A stretch of 51,502 nt of DNA from Bacteroidota bacterium (GTDB lineage Bacteria > Bacteroidota > Ignavibacteria > UBA10030 > UBA6906), in contig JAGDMK010000002.1 of assembly GCA_017860635.1 (NCBI GenBank), positions 1 to 51,502 on the forward strand, written 5' to 3'. Below are positions 27,276 through 38,122 of the stretch, in pieces. Under the pieces are notes generated by a model. That model did no database searches. It was not told the DNA's origin and worked only from the letters and a program-made list of their open reading frames with translations. Both the position numbers and the translations under genes were made by a program. Within the stretch, counting starts at the first letter, position 1. Each line of letters opens with the position of its first letter.

Positions 27276-28631
27276 ATGGAGCAGCAACCGGTCACACACA
27301 GAGAACGTGTGCGCTTTCGGTCAGGCGCATTCCTCATCCTCACGCAGCTTCTCTTCCTGCTGTACTCCCTGAAGTATCTTCTCCAGCCTCGCCGGTATCC
27401 ACTCTTTGCCATGCATTCCAGGAACGGGGGCGTCTTGCACTGGCTCAAAGCAGGCAACGTGCTCGGGCTGACGCGCCAGGCTGTCTTTCGTGGGAAAGCG
27501 TTCTCAGCACCTCTTGTCCCGGCTTTCCCGTCTGCAGCGTTCGACCGGATGGTTGCGAACGGAGGAATGAACGTCCTGGCTGCCGGAACAGAGTGGAAGC
27601 GGCAGATTGACCTGGCGATTCTCGCCGTGACTCGACGATGCCCCCTGTCATGCGAACACTGCTATGAGCGGTACAACACCGGAGGAACGGAGACCGTCTC
27701 TTTTGATCAGTGGAAGAGAACAATAGCTGCGCTTCAGCGGATAGGGACAAGCGTGATTGTTCTCTCAGGCGGCGAGCCGATGGTGCGTTTTGAAGATGTC
27801 CTCGAACTGCTGTCATCGGCCGACAAGAGCGCCTCGGACTTTCACATGCACACGTCCGGAATGGGTGTTACGCGCAAGCGCGCCAGACTCCTGCGGGAAG
27901 CCGGCCTCACAGCGGCGGCGGTGGGGCTGGATGATGTCGTTGAGGCACGGCACGACCGTTTGCGCGGACGACCGGGTTCATATCGCCAGGCACTGCAGGC
28001 AGTTGACTGGTTCCGAGAGGAGGGTATTCTCCCGTATCTCAACATGTGCCTGACGCGAACGCTCATCCGGTCGGGAGATCTGTGGCGTTATCTCGAGCTT
28101 GCGAAAAAGGCGAATGTCGCCTTCATCCAGATGCTTGAACCCCGTCCATGTGGTGGTTTTCTCGGAAACGCAGCTGATGTCCTGCTGACAGAAGACGATA
28201 GAGCCGCGGTCATGCGGTTCTTTGAGGCAACGCGGGATCGGCGGCAGTATCGGAACACTCCCATTGTATACTACGTCGCATACACGGAACATCCCCGGCA
28301 GATGGGATGTATGATGGGGGGATTGTCTCATTTCGCCATTGACGGCCAGGGGAACGTGACTCCTTGCGTGTTTCTTCCCGTCGGGTTCGGGAATATCCTG
28401 AGTGAGGAGTTCGAGACCATCTACAACCGCATGCGCAAAGCCATACCGCACCCCGTCCGCGCCACCTGCCCTTCACTTCTGCTCGGACGAACACTCATGA
28501 AGGAAGCTGTGCGGGGAACTGCCATGCCGGTGCCACATGAGATCATCAGGGAAGAATTCGAGTCGATTGTTCATTCTGCTGACCAGACATCCGGTGCACT
28601 TCAGAAAGAGTCCTCGGGAGAACCGTCATGA
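27276..28631 (+). CDS. Radical SAM protein with C-terminal SPASM/Twitch-like region
   Basis: CPLSCEHC (CxxxCxxC), SGGEP, HDRLRG, GCMMGG...IDGQGNVTPC...GNI...CP; start uncertain. Confidence 0.9.
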   Translation: MEQQPVTHRERVRFRSGAFLILTQLLFLLYSLKYLLQPRRYPLFAMHSRNGGVLHWLKAGNVLGLTRQAVFRGKAFSAPLVPAFPSAAFDRMVANGGMNVLAAGTEWKRQIDLAILAVTRRCPLSCEHCYERYNTGGTETVSFDQWKRTIAALQRIGTSVIVLSGGEPMVRFEDVLELLSSADKSASDFHMHTSGMGVTRKRARLLREAGLTAAAVGLDDVVEARHDRLRGRPGSYRQALQAVDWFREEGILPYLNMCLTRTLIRSGDLWRYLELAKKANVAFIQMLEPRPCGGFLGNAADVLLTEDDRAAVMRFFEATRDRRQYRNTPIVYYVAYTEHPRQMGCMMGGLSHFAIDGQGNVTPCVFLPVGFGNILSEEFETIYNRMRKAIPHPVRATCPSLLLGRTLMKEAVRGTAMPVPHEIIREEFESIVHSADQTSGALQKESSGEPS

Positions 28632-30538
28632 AACTCCAGATCAGTGTGGCAGCCGCCATTTGTGCCGGCGTGGCTCTGATGGAAGGATGTGCTCAATACT
28701 CTGAACAGAAAGCGTTCAAAGAGGAACTCCCCCTAACAACAGAGCGCATCACGGCGGTCGTGACACGTACGGGCACGGAAATTGAATTTGACGAGCGGGG
28801 CGGCTCGTATCAGCAGGAGTTCACGCTGAGTGGGACGACGGTCGACCAACAGCACGTCACATATCGCTCATCCGAGGTGAAGGAATTCCGTGCGGAAAGC
28901 CCGCGGTTTCTACCTCCTGGCGAGATCTCATCCTACACCAAAGCAGCCGAGGTGCTGATGGAGGGCGGTCGGCTCGTTATCTTTGCACCACCCGGCGGAT
29001 CGATTGGGAAGGAGTTCATAACCGGGATTGATCAGAGGAAGAATCCGCTCTCCGTCCGGCGGAACCTGTGCGTTGGAGTCCGGCTGGAATCACCTCCTGC
29101 ACTGGACCTGCGTGTGGGAGTGTTTACGCTGCCAGTAGCCGAAGTTGTTTTGCGCAATGTCAATACGCTTGTGCGGTTCGATACTGCAGGGGTCACACAA
29201 ACGCCGTTACGGGATATCGTGGCAGGAATGACTCCGCTTTCAACCCAGGTGGCCGTGCCTGTGGATAGCATTCTGTACGTGAAGGTGAAGCGGTGGGACG
29301 GGATCAAGACACTTGCCGTCTCGATCGGAGTGGTTGCCGCAGCGGCGGCGCTTGTGGTGGGAATCATTGCCGCTACAAAACAATCCTGTCCCTTTCTGTA
29401 CTCTCATGATGGAGACCACTACGTGTTTGATGCCGAGCCACTCGGTGGCGCAACGACGGCTGGACTAGCGAGAACAGATCTATCACGAATGGAACACATC
29501 AAACCGGTAGACGGTGCGTATAGAGCATTGCTCCGCAACGAAGTCAATGAAACACAGTACGTGGACAAACTCCAGTTGATGTATTGCGACCATGACTCAT
29601 CGTTCACTCTGATTGCCGACGGTGAGGATTACGTGGTGCCCATCCGGTCTTCCGTTGCGCCGACGGCTGCTCGCGACGAGACAGGAGCGGATCTTCTGCC
29701 GTTCTTCCACTCCCGGGATGGCATCGCCTGGGAAACGCACATGTTTTCGTATGAGGGTGATCCAGAGGATTCCACGCGTCACACGTTGCGGTTTACGTTC
29801 CCCAAACCATCCGGTGCATCACGGGCGACCGTGATTCTTCATGGAGGAACAACACTCTGGGGTTCCACGATGATTCGTGTGATGTATGAATTGCGGGGAA
29901 GCGATGTGGACCACTGGTATGAAGATGCCGACCGTCACGGACCGTTGTTCTTCAGAACCATGCGCTGGCTTGAACTGGAAGGTCTGTATACAATGCCGCT
30001 GTACGCCCGCAGAGGGGATGCGTGGATCGAGCGCGGGACAGTCTCCGGGGGAGGGCCGCTCATTCATGAAACCCAGACAGTGTCATTTCCCCTGGGGCGC
30101 TTCACCGGAGATTCACTCGAGCTGTGTCTCCGCCCGCCCAAGGGATTCTGGTCCTTCGACCATATAGCGATTTCATATGATGCCATCGCGCGGATGCCAC
30201 TCCGGCCCCTGACGATGACACAGGCAGTTGACCAGGTTGGCCGCGATGTATCAGCGTTGCTGGAAGAGGAAGATCACCGGTATTACGAGATGCCGACACA
30301 GCGCGACGAAGCCTCCATTGCCTGGGCTTCTCCGCCCGTGTCGCAGGGGAAACAGCGGACGCTTTTTGCCCGGACGTCGGGGTATTATGTGCTCCACCTG
30401 TCAAAAGAGGGACCGGGAGAGCTTGAAGCACTGAGCAATTTTCTGAGAACCCCGGGAGAAATCACCCGGTACTCGGCGCAGCAGTATCAGGTCTGGCGCT
30501 CTGCTCTCCGGGCCCGGTTACAACACGTGCTTGACTGA
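28628..30538 (+). CDS. Hypothetical lipoprotein with an internal hydrophobic helix followed by an SCPFLY-motif domain
   Basis: Lipobox-like MEGC; hydrophobic helix TLAVSIGVVAAAAALVVGIIAA; SCPFLYSHDG...E.QYVDKLQL; ATGA overlap with the radical SAM gene. Confidence 0.75.
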   Translation: MKLQISVAAAICAGVALMEGCAQYSEQKAFKEELPLTTERITAVVTRTGTEIEFDERGGSYQQEFTLSGTTVDQQHVTYRSSEVKEFRAESPRFLPPGEISSYTKAAEVLMEGGRLVIFAPPGGSIGKEFITGIDQRKNPLSVRRNLCVGVRLESPPALDLRVGVFTLPVAEVVLRNVNTLVRFDTAGVTQTPLRDIVAGMTPLSTQVAVPVDSILYVKVKRWDGIKTLAVSIGVVAAAAALVVGIIAATKQSCPFLYSHDGDHYVFDAEPLGGATTAGLARTDLSRMEHIKPVDGAYRALLRNEVNETQYVDKLQLMYCDHDSSFTLIADGEDYVVPIRSSVAPTAARDETGADLLPFFHSRDGIAWETHMFSYEGDPEDSTRHTLRFTFPKPSGASRATVILHGGTTLWGSTMIRVMYELRGSDVDHWYEDADRHGPLFFRTMRWLELEGLYTMPLYARRGDAWIERGTVSGGGPLIHETQTVSFPLGRFTGDSLELCLRPPKGFWSFDHIAISYDAIARMPLRPLTMTQAVDQVGRDVSALLEEEDHRYYEMPTQRDEASIAWASPPVSQGKQRTLFARTSGYYVLHLSKEGPGELEALSNFLRTPGEITRYSAQQYQVWRSALRARLQHVLD

Positions 30539-30575
30539 TGTTTATAGGAATTCCGGATTTCGATCTGGAGGTTAC

Positions 30576-31865
30576 ATGAAAGAGTCCAGCGCTGTAACGG
30601 TGCTGTTCCTCCTCTTCGTCTGCATGGCCGTGCCACTGGAGGCTCAACAGCAGGAATACAGTCCCATCCGGCATTCGCTCTCCCCGGATTCCCGCACACC
30701 GGCCTTAGTGCCTGGAGTCCCGTATGATCTGCGGTACAATGCGGTGAACGTGCAGACCCATGATGGTGTCAGCCGCACGGGCTTCTACAGTGGTCTCGTG
30801 AACGATTCCGTGATGCTGGTCAGCGGGGGGGAAGATGTTGTCATCGCATTTCGCGATGTCAAATCCTTTACGATCGACACAAAGCAGGATGGTGCATCAT
30901 CGGGGCTCTTCGGTGCTCTGGCTGGAGTCTATCTCGTGGCTGCATTGAGCGGCGAGGGTAGTGGACCAGCAGGTTATGCGAAAGACCCATTCGAGTTTGC
31001 TCCCGGGAGCATCGTGATGGCATTGCCGGGGTATGCGCTGTTCGGTCTGTTCACGTTCGCAGGTAGCCAGGAGTTCGACTTCTCGGGGAATCCGGATCGC
31101 GATGCGGCAGAATTGTCTGCGCTCAAGGAGTTCCTTCAGGGAGGACCAGGGCGGACAAAGCTTCATTTCGTCATGCACGGAGGATGGGTCTCTACGAGAA
31201 ATGCCTCGAAACCATCCGGGCTCTACTCCTCGATACCAATATACAACCCTGCAGTGCTGCCGGCGGAAGTACATGACTACAAAGGGCTGACTTCGACAAA
31301 TCTTCTGAGAAGATTTCAAATCACGTATAACATACGCCGATGGCTGGAGTTGGGCCTGGCATATGTGAGTGTGTCAGAGCCACCCACCTCTGGATTTGCT
31401 AGGACCAGCCTCACGGATTCGGTGGCCACATTTTCAGGTCACAGCGAATCGTTCAAGGGTAAGGCATTCCTTCTTGTCGGTGTCGCGGAGCCACTGCAGG
31501 ACATGCTTCCGCACATCGTCAGCATCAAAGCAGGCGCGGGTGTCGGCATCGGCACTATCGACGGGCAATTTGAAAGGCCTCTGAGTACTGTAGTGCATGT
31601 CAGGCAGATCTCGTACGGACACACGTACGAGTACTGGCGCCAGCAATCATATGTGTCGGTACCGCAGGTTTTTTCCGGAATGCGCCTTGCGCTCTCACTG
31701 TTTGGCTCGGCAGATCTCCGGCTCGCTCAAGCGGTCTCGGTTGGTTTTTTTGCTGACTACACGATGCTGGCCGGGCAAGGACTGCCTGAGGTTCCGGAAT
31801 GGAATCTTGGCTCCCGGCCGCTTGGCAACGTTTGCCTCGGCCTGGTGCTGGGATGGCATCTCTGA
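30576..31865 (+). CDS. Hypothetical exported/outer-membrane protein
   Basis: SD ggagg and ATG at 30576; signal peptide; Gly-rich helix; C-terminal alternating beta-strands ending LGWHL. Confidence 0.7.
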   Translation: MKESSAVTVLFLLFVCMAVPLEAQQQEYSPIRHSLSPDSRTPALVPGVPYDLRYNAVNVQTHDGVSRTGFYSGLVNDSVMLVSGGEDVVIAFRDVKSFTIDTKQDGASSGLFGALAGVYLVAALSGEGSGPAGYAKDPFEFAPGSIVMALPGYALFGLFTFAGSQEFDFSGNPDRDAAELSALKEFLQGGPGRTKLHFVMHGGWVSTRNASKPSGLYSSIPIYNPAVLPAEVHDYKGLTSTNLLRRFQITYNIRRWLELGLAYVSVSEPPTSGFARTSLTDSVATFSGHSESFKGKAFLLVGVAEPLQDMLPHIVSIKAGAGVGIGTIDGQFERPLSTVVHVRQISYGHTYEYWRQQSYVSVPQVFSGMRLALSLFGSADLRLAQAVSVGFFADYTMLAGQGLPEVPEWNLGSRPLGNVCLGLVLGWHL

Positions 31866-32049
31866 CGTCGCCGTCTCGTGCCGTTGAGATTCACGTGCTG
31901 CTCACCTATGTCTGCTCGGACACAACCCACACGGCGGGTCTGCCGTCAGCAATGACTTACGATGCCTGATATCTGTGCGCTGAATCACATGATGCCCCGC
32001 GTAAGAGCTTGCCAGCATTAGGTTTCTCACTAACGGCATCCAGACTCGA

Positions 32050-32078
32050 TTGCATGTCTTAGTAATTAGCCATACACT
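32050..32078 (+). promoter_or_regulatory. sigma70-type promoter
   Basis: TTGCAT-17 nt-TACACT in an AT-rich intergenic region. Confidence 0.6.
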
Positions 32079-32131
32079 AAAAGAGAGATGCACCATATCT
32101 ATGTCAAACGGATAAAATGAGGTCATCGTGT

Positions 32132-34045
32132 ATGAACCGTCCTCGAACTAATCTCATTCCGTTCCTGGTCATTCTCTTCGTTCCGATGCTGCTTCTCCCT
32201 GCGCCAGGCGTCTCCGGTGATCACAGAAAAACCCGGAATGTGCTTCTGGACAGCATAGCCTGGATTCCCCAGAATCTTCCGATCCCCGGCGTCGTTGCGG
32301 GGAATGCCGTGTGGTTCGACTACAACAACGATGGCCGTCTCGACATCCTCATGGCAGGGATGAGTGAACTCGGCCCTGTTTCCGGAATCTACCGGAACGA
32401 TGGCCAGGGTTTTTCGAATCTCCAGGCAGGCATTTGCCCGCTGGTCTCAGAGCACGGGCTTTCCTGGGCAGATATTGACAATGATGGGGATGTGGACTTC
32501 GCCATTGAAGGGACAACCGACACACTCAATACACAGCCGTTATCGAAGGTGTATACGAACAACGGCGGGGACTTCGTTGATATGAATGCCCGCATTATGG
32601 GCCTCAACGGAGGCTCCGTGACCTGGGTCGATTCTGACAATGATGGCCACCTTGACCTCCTCATCTCGGGTTCACCGGATCGGGGGAACTCGTTCTACAC
32701 AAAACTGTATCGTGTCATTAACGGCCAGTTCTACGAAGTCCCTTCGAACCTCCCGGGTGTATGGGGAAGTTCCATTGCGTGGGCTGACTACGACCACGAC
32801 GGCTACATGGATGTCTTCATCACCGGGTACGGATATGGAGTCCAGACACGCCTGTATCACAACGCAATGTCCCGCGGTGTCATCGGTTTCGATGAGGTGT
32901 ACAGTCCTCTCCGTGGAGGAGGGACATTCCGCGCGGTAAACTCGGGAGGTGTGATCTGGTTTGATTTCGACAATGATGGCTTTGTCGATCTTCTTGTGAC
33001 CGGTTCAGGCAGTGGCGGCGTTCCTGTGGCTGCGTTGTACCGCAACAATCAGGATGGATCATTTACAGAAATCCAGACAACGTTGAAGCCAGTCCACGTC
33101 AGCGCTGCTGCTGCCGGCGATTATGACAACGATGGGTACATGGATATCGCCATCTCCGGCGGGGAGCATTTTTACACCGGTACGAATATGACCACGAAGA
33201 TCTACCACAACAATGGGGATAGCACGTTTACCGATACGGGGGCAAAACTCGTCGGAACCTGGTTCGGGTCACTCGACTGGGGGGATTATGACGGGGACGG
33301 GCGGCTGGATCTCCTTGTCACCGGCGCTACTGCTGAGAGAACGCACCCAACATACGGTACTGATCTCAAACCGGTGACGATGCTGTACAAGAATGTTGCC
33401 GTCGTGGCGGGGAACTCCTCTCCCGCCACTCCGCAGGGACTTGCCACAAAGATCAATGCGCAACAGGCAACGCTCAGTTGGAAGGCCTCGACGGATGACG
33501 AGACCGATCAGAAGGCAATCACCTACAACGTCATGGTCGGAACGGCGCCTGGGAAGTTCGACGTCGTATCACCCCTTTCCGACCCGCAATCCGGTTACCG
33601 GAGAATGCCCAAATCTGGAAGCCAGGGAGCACGTACCGAGGCAATACTGAGGACTCTCTCGCCAGGGACGTACTATTGGAGAGTGCAGGCTGTTGACAAC
33701 CAGTTTGCCGGTTCTCCATTTTCCGAAGAGGGGACGTTCACTGTTACATCCACGTCGGCGGATCCGGATCCATTGGCCCCCCGAGCCTACGCGTTGCGAC
33801 AGAACTACCCCAATCCGTTCAATCCGGCAACAACCATCGCGTATGAATTGCCGCACGCATCACACGTGAGCGTGACCGTCTACGATATGCTTGGACAGCA
33901 GGTGTCAGTGGTTGTGGACGGCACGATGGAGGCAGGAGTGCACGAGGTCAGGTTTGATGCTTCCGGCCTCTCGAGCGGATTGTACCACTACAGGTTGAGT
34001 GCGGGGAGCTTCGTCCAGACCAGAAGCATGGTCTTGGTCCGGTAG
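32132..34045 (+). CDS. T9SS-secreted FG-GAP/VCBS-repeat beta-propeller protein with FN3 domain
   Basis: Seven DxDxDG repeats (DYNNDGRLD, DIDNDGDVD, DSDNDGHLD, DYDHDGYMD, DFDNDGFVD, DYDNDGYMD, DYDGDGRLD); FN3 (YYWRVQAVD); NYPNPFNP sorting domain. Confidence 0.92.
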   Translation: MNRPRTNLIPFLVILFVPMLLLPAPGVSGDHRKTRNVLLDSIAWIPQNLPIPGVVAGNAVWFDYNNDGRLDILMAGMSELGPVSGIYRNDGQGFSNLQAGICPLVSEHGLSWADIDNDGDVDFAIEGTTDTLNTQPLSKVYTNNGGDFVDMNARIMGLNGGSVTWVDSDNDGHLDLLISGSPDRGNSFYTKLYRVINGQFYEVPSNLPGVWGSSIAWADYDHDGYMDVFITGYGYGVQTRLYHNAMSRGVIGFDEVYSPLRGGGTFRAVNSGGVIWFDFDNDGFVDLLVTGSGSGGVPVAALYRNNQDGSFTEIQTTLKPVHVSAAAAGDYDNDGYMDIAISGGEHFYTGTNMTTKIYHNNGDSTFTDTGAKLVGTWFGSLDWGDYDGDGRLDLLVTGATAERTHPTYGTDLKPVTMLYKNVAVVAGNSSPATPQGLATKINAQQATLSWKASTDDETDQKAITYNVMVGTAPGKFDVVSPLSDPQSGYRRMPKSGSQGARTEAILRTLSPGTYYWRVQAVDNQFAGSPFSEEGTFTVTSTSADPDPLAPRAYALRQNYPNPFNPATTIAYELPHASHVSVTVYDMLGQQVSVVVDGTMEAGVHEVRFDASGLSSGLYHYRLSAGSFVQTRSMVLVR

Positions 34046-34153
34046 CAGGGGCATGACCGGTCTGGTCCCGAAGGACCATGGACTTGGTGCGACTGGATCT
34101 GTCAGGACGGCTGCGGCCAGACTCCTCAATAGTCTGTGTCTTGAAGGATTTTG

Positions 34154-34187
34154 AAGGGTGACGATTCCAGGTCGTCCCCCTTTTTTG
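34154..34187 (+). terminator. Rho-independent terminator
   Basis: aagggtgacga-ttccagg-tcgtcccc stem followed by tttttt. Confidence 0.65.
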
Positions 34188-34231
34188 TGATTGCCATCAT
34201 TCTGTTCGTCTGCGCCGAACACTTGGAAGCG

Positions 34232-34260
34232 TTGCATTTCAGACGAGAACGCGGTATATT
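34232..34260 (+). promoter_or_regulatory. Promoter of tRNA-Gly
   Basis: TTGCAT-17 nt-TATATT(TG), 14 nt upstream of the tRNA. Confidence 0.7.
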
Positions 34261-34274
34261 TGCATGTGAGTGCT

Positions 34275-34346
<72 letters not shown>

Positions 34347-34436
34347 CTGGTTGTTGTCATGGCTTCGAGCAGCACGATCACCCGGGTTCAACGCGGTGAA
34401 AACACTCGCCTCCAGATCATCCGGAGGCAGTTGTGT

Positions 34437-34757
34437 ATGACACACGCCTCTATTATATCTCACCTCTACGCAAACTTCTCCCACTACTGCAATCTCTGGA
34501 AGAAAGGACGGAACGAGACCGGTGAACTCGGTGCACTCGTCTTTCTGCCAGAACAGGGACTCGAGTGGGAATGGTGGGGCATGTCCGAAATTCAGGACTA
34601 TATCGTAGAGGGGGGACTCGACAGCCGGGAAATGCTGGAAGGATTGGATGAATCCGTCTCAGCTGCCGAGTTTCTGGTTCTCGTGATCGAATACGCCGAT
34701 GGACCGGGAAAACAGAAAGCACACTTCCATCGTATGTCCAAAGCGGGCATGAACTAA
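34437..34757 (+). CDS. Small hypothetical protein (106 aa)
   Basis: SD ggagg upstream of the ATG at 34437; globular-looking composition; fills the gap with no competing gene. Confidence 0.6.
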   Translation: MTHASIISHLYANFSHYCNLWKKGRNETGELGALVFLPEQGLEWEWWGMSEIQDYIVEGGLDSREMLEGLDESVSAAEFLVLVIEYADGPGKQKAHFHRMSKAGMN

Positions 34758-34902
34758 CCCCGCTCCGGCTCGAGAAGTCAAGGCCCAGATCAGGGTCAGG
34801 GTTGCCGCCAGCTGCCCCAATAGAGCCAAACTGTTTAGCCCGGATTGGCCGGCTTTCTCAGGGCCAGCGGCCCCCCTGGATCCTCTCAGCCAACACAACA
34901 TC

Positions 34903-36459
34903 TCACTTCAGCGACAGCACGACCACCGAACCTGCCGGTATCTCCAGACGCACTCTTGACCCATCCACCTTCGCTCCTTTAAACTCCTGTGGCTTCACTT
35001 TCTCCGGGTCATCAAATGTATTGTGATCCTGGATCTTTGCGGATGTGAGGATCCGTCCCTTCACCGATGTAAAACGTGCTCCCCGGACGTCCACTTCGAT
35101 TTCACGGGGTGCATGGATGTCGATGTTCACAAGCGAGATGTGCACCGCGTCTGAACGATCGCGGGACGCCGAAACGGACAATGACGGAAGGGAGGTGCCA
35201 TCAAAGGTATACTCCGGACTGTTCACGCTCACCGGCAAAAGCACGGCGTCGTGGTGCGGGGTGTACATCTCCATGACGTGATACGTTGGCGTGGTGAGCA
35301 TCCGCGCCTCATCCGTCAGCACAACTGCCTGCAGGACGTTGACCGTCTGTGCCAGGTTGGCCATACGGACACGGTCGCAGCGGTTGTTGAAGATATTGAG
35401 TGTCAGGCCGGCGAGCACGGCATCGCGCATGGTGTTCTGCTGGAACAGGAAGCCGGGGTTTGTGCCGGGTTCAACGTCATACCATCCTCCCCACTCGTCC
35501 ACGACGAGCGCTATCTTCTTCTTGGGATCATACCGGTCCATGATTGTCGCATGTCCCTTGACGAGCTCCTCCATATGCCAGGCACGCGTCATGGTGTCGA
35601 AGTATTCTGCCTCCGAGAATCTGGTGGCAGATCCCTTCTTGCCCCAGTTTGCCGAATAGTGATGGAGCGCCACTCCTTCCAGCAAACCGTGAGGGATGTC
35701 GCGCATGAGCACTTCGGTCCAGTGATAGTCGCCACCCCCTGCGCCCGAGGCGATCCGGAATATCGGGCTCTTGCCCCACGTGGATGAGACAAACGTAGAA
35801 TAGAGGCGATAGATGTTCGCATAATATTCTGCTGTCATGTTCCCGCCGCATCCCCACGTCTCATTGCCGATTCCCCAGTAACGCACCTGCCACGGTTCCA
35901 TTCTGCCGTTCTGCTTTCGCTGGTTGGCCATCGGCCCCGTGCCGCCAAAGTTGACGTATTGCACCCAATCGGTCAGTTCCTGCACGGTCCCACTTCCCAC
36001 ATTGCCCGAGATGTACGGTTCTGCGCCGAGCTGTTCACATAAGTCCAGGAACTCGTGCGTTCCGAAGCTGTTGTCCTCTGTTACGCCGCCCCACCAGGTA
36101 TTGACGATCGCCGGGCGTTTCTCCCGCGGGCCGATGCCGTCTTTCCAGTGATACGTATCGGCAAAGCATCCGCCCGGCCACCGGAGGTTCGGGATGTGGA
36201 GCCGCTTCAATGCCTGAACGACATCGTTCCGGATGCCGCGTGTATGGGGGACCTGGCTGTTTGCCTCCCCCACGAAGAATCCGCCGTAGATACAGTGTCC
36301 GAGATGCTCGGAGAAGTGTCCGTAGATATGGCGGCTGATCGTATCTTTGCCGAGGTCGGCGTTGACCACGATTCTCGTCTGCGCCGAAGCGAGTGAAAAT
36401 GTGCCGAGGGCGCACAAGACAGCTACAAGCCGCCGGGCGACGTTCATGGATGGTTGCAT
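34903..36459 (-). CDS. Alpha-L-arabinofuranosidase, GH51, with signal peptide
   Basis: [24 protein letters not shown] (acid/base), VDEWGGW (nucleophile), AQTVNVLQA; SD aggag. Confidence 0.95.
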   Translation of the reverse strand: MQPSMNVARRLVAVLCALGTFSLASAQTRIVVNADLGKDTISRHIYGHFSEHLGHCIYGGFFVGEANSQVPHTRGIRNDVVQALKRLHIPNLRWPGGCFADTYHWKDGIGPREKRPAIVNTWWGGVTEDNSFGTHEFLDLCEQLGAEPYISGNVGSGTVQELTDWVQYVNFGGTGPMANQRKQNGRMEPWQVRYWGIGNETWGCGGNMTAEYYANIYRLYSTFVSSTWGKSPIFRIASGAGGGDYHWTEVLMRDIPHGLLEGVALHHYSANWGKKGSATRFSEAEYFDTMTRAWHMEELVKGHATIMDRYDPKKKIALVVDEWGGWYDVEPGTNPGFLFQQNTMRDAVLAGLTLNIFNNRCDRVRMANLAQTVNVLQAVVLTDEARMLTTPTYHVMEMYTPHHDAVLLPVSVNSPEYTFDGTSLPSLSVSASRDRSDAVHISLVNIDIHAPREIEVDVRGARFTSVKGRILTSAKIQDHNTFDDPEKVKPQEFKGAKVDGSRVRLEIPAGSVVVLSLK

Positions 36460-36777
36460 GGAGGCTCCTGTTGTGGGTGCTTAAGCGGATGCCGCATGGG
36501 AAAGATAGCGTGCGGACGATCAAAGGACAAGTGCAATCTGGCCGGTGCTAATCGTCGGACCCCACTGTCTCCGGTCGCATCCCTGACGCGGACAGACGCC
36601 TTAGCGTTGCGAGTCCGGGTGATTAGGCGTTATTGTTGATCATCTTCCCGGAGTCCTCCTATGAACCACAACGTTCTGCGCTCTCTGAAATCGCTCGATC
36701 CGCGTGGATGCAGTCATTCCTTTCACGGCGGCCCGCGGGCAGCAATCCACGGTCGGGCGTGCCAGCGAACGATTCCG

Positions 36778-37998
36778 ATGTACGTCGTCCTGGCCGGCCT
36801 CATTGCCCTGTGGACTCTTCCGTCGGGTGCGCAACCTCTGGAACAGGTACAAGCAGGATACAGGCTGACACGGCTCCTCTACGAGAACACCCTTGGTGAG
36901 AAGGGTGCGACGGACTTCAGCTATGACCATGACAACCGCGTATGCAGAGGAATATGGAGACTCTCTGATGGATCGAAAAGTTCCGTCAACATCTATCAGC
37001 ACGACCATCGCGGCAATCTGGTAACCGCATTCCGGGAGTTATCGGACAGCCTGACCTCGCTTGAAGTGTACACATACGATGAGCGGGGAAACCGGATCGG
37101 GGAACGGTTTTGCCGTTCCGACAGGGTGCGGGGGACTGCAGCCTACACCTATGACCAGAATGGCAGGCGAGTCCGGGCCAGGTTCACACGCCACAAGGGG
37201 TGGCTGGATGCTGATGTCGTCTACAATTATGACGGGCAGGGACTCCTTCGTTCGGCTGTGCTCTTGAACGATGTTGATACTGTCGGCCACGTTTCCTACG
37301 AGTACGATGGTCCAGGGAACCTCGCACGCGAAACCTGGACGTTTGCGGAAGGGTGGAAACAGACGCTAACGTACGAGTATACGCCGACCACCTGCAGGAT
37401 ATGGGGAATGCCGAATCCTTTCATCACGAATACCTGCAAGGCGCGGGTCATCGCTGAAGACTACACGTTCAACAACGAGAAGGGAGGCCCATCAACCTAC
37501 GTGTACGCCAGAGACGGATCGCTTCAGCAGAAAGAGTTCCGGCGGTCCGATGGTTTTTCCTCAGTTACCACGTACACCTACGACACCGACGGCCGCCTTG
37601 TTCGTTCTGTACGTAAAACGGGTGACGGGAGTGAGAGACACTCTTCGTACACCTACGACGGGCTGCGCCGCCTCATCCTGCGAGTACAGGAAAGTGACGG
37701 TGCGATCGAATCCGTGGAATCGTACATCTACAACCCGGATGGTACCCTCCGCAAGGCGGTGTACCAGAATGTTGATGGCTGGATTTCCGGAGTCGTGAGC
37801 TTTGTCTCGGATGATCACCGGAGGCTGCTGAGGGGAAGCTTCAGGGGGAGTGACGGTTCAACGGCGGAGCTTCAGTACACCTATGACGGGGAAGACTGTT
37901 TGCGTGAGATCGTCTGGAGTTTCTCTTCGGGCGTCTTCCAGCGCTACACGTTCACGTACGAGCGGCGCAAGGCAGAACCGGGAGCTCCCGGTACGTAG
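36778..37998 (+). CDS. Exported YD-repeat protein made of two homologous halves
   Basis: Signal peptide from M36778; many YTYDxxG repeats; no RHS-core DPxG motif or toxin tip. Confidence 0.8.
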   Translation: MYVVLAGLIALWTLPSGAQPLEQVQAGYRLTRLLYENTLGEKGATDFSYDHDNRVCRGIWRLSDGSKSSVNIYQHDHRGNLVTAFRELSDSLTSLEVYTYDERGNRIGERFCRSDRVRGTAAYTYDQNGRRVRARFTRHKGWLDADVVYNYDGQGLLRSAVLLNDVDTVGHVSYEYDGPGNLARETWTFAEGWKQTLTYEYTPTTCRIWGMPNPFITNTCKARVIAEDYTFNNEKGGPSTYVYARDGSLQQKEFRRSDGFSSVTTYTYDTDGRLVRSVRKTGDGSERHSSYTYDGLRRLILRVQESDGAIESVESYIYNPDGTLRKAVYQNVDGWISGVVSFVSDDHRRLLRGSFRGSDGSTAELQYTYDGEDCLREIVWSFSSGVFQRYTFTYERRKAEPGAPGT

Positions 37999-38122
37999 TT
38001 CATAGACCAGCCAACTGTCTCCGCGGATTCAACCACAACCTGTTGGTGCTAAGAACGCCTGCGCACCTCGTGTGTACAGCACATCCCGTCGCCTGTGGGC
38101 ATCCAGTACAGTCCCGGCGGCT

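Noticed and set aside
36778-37998. RHS polymorphic toxin
   Set aside because: No RHS-associated core/DPxG cleavage motif, toxin domain or immunity gene.
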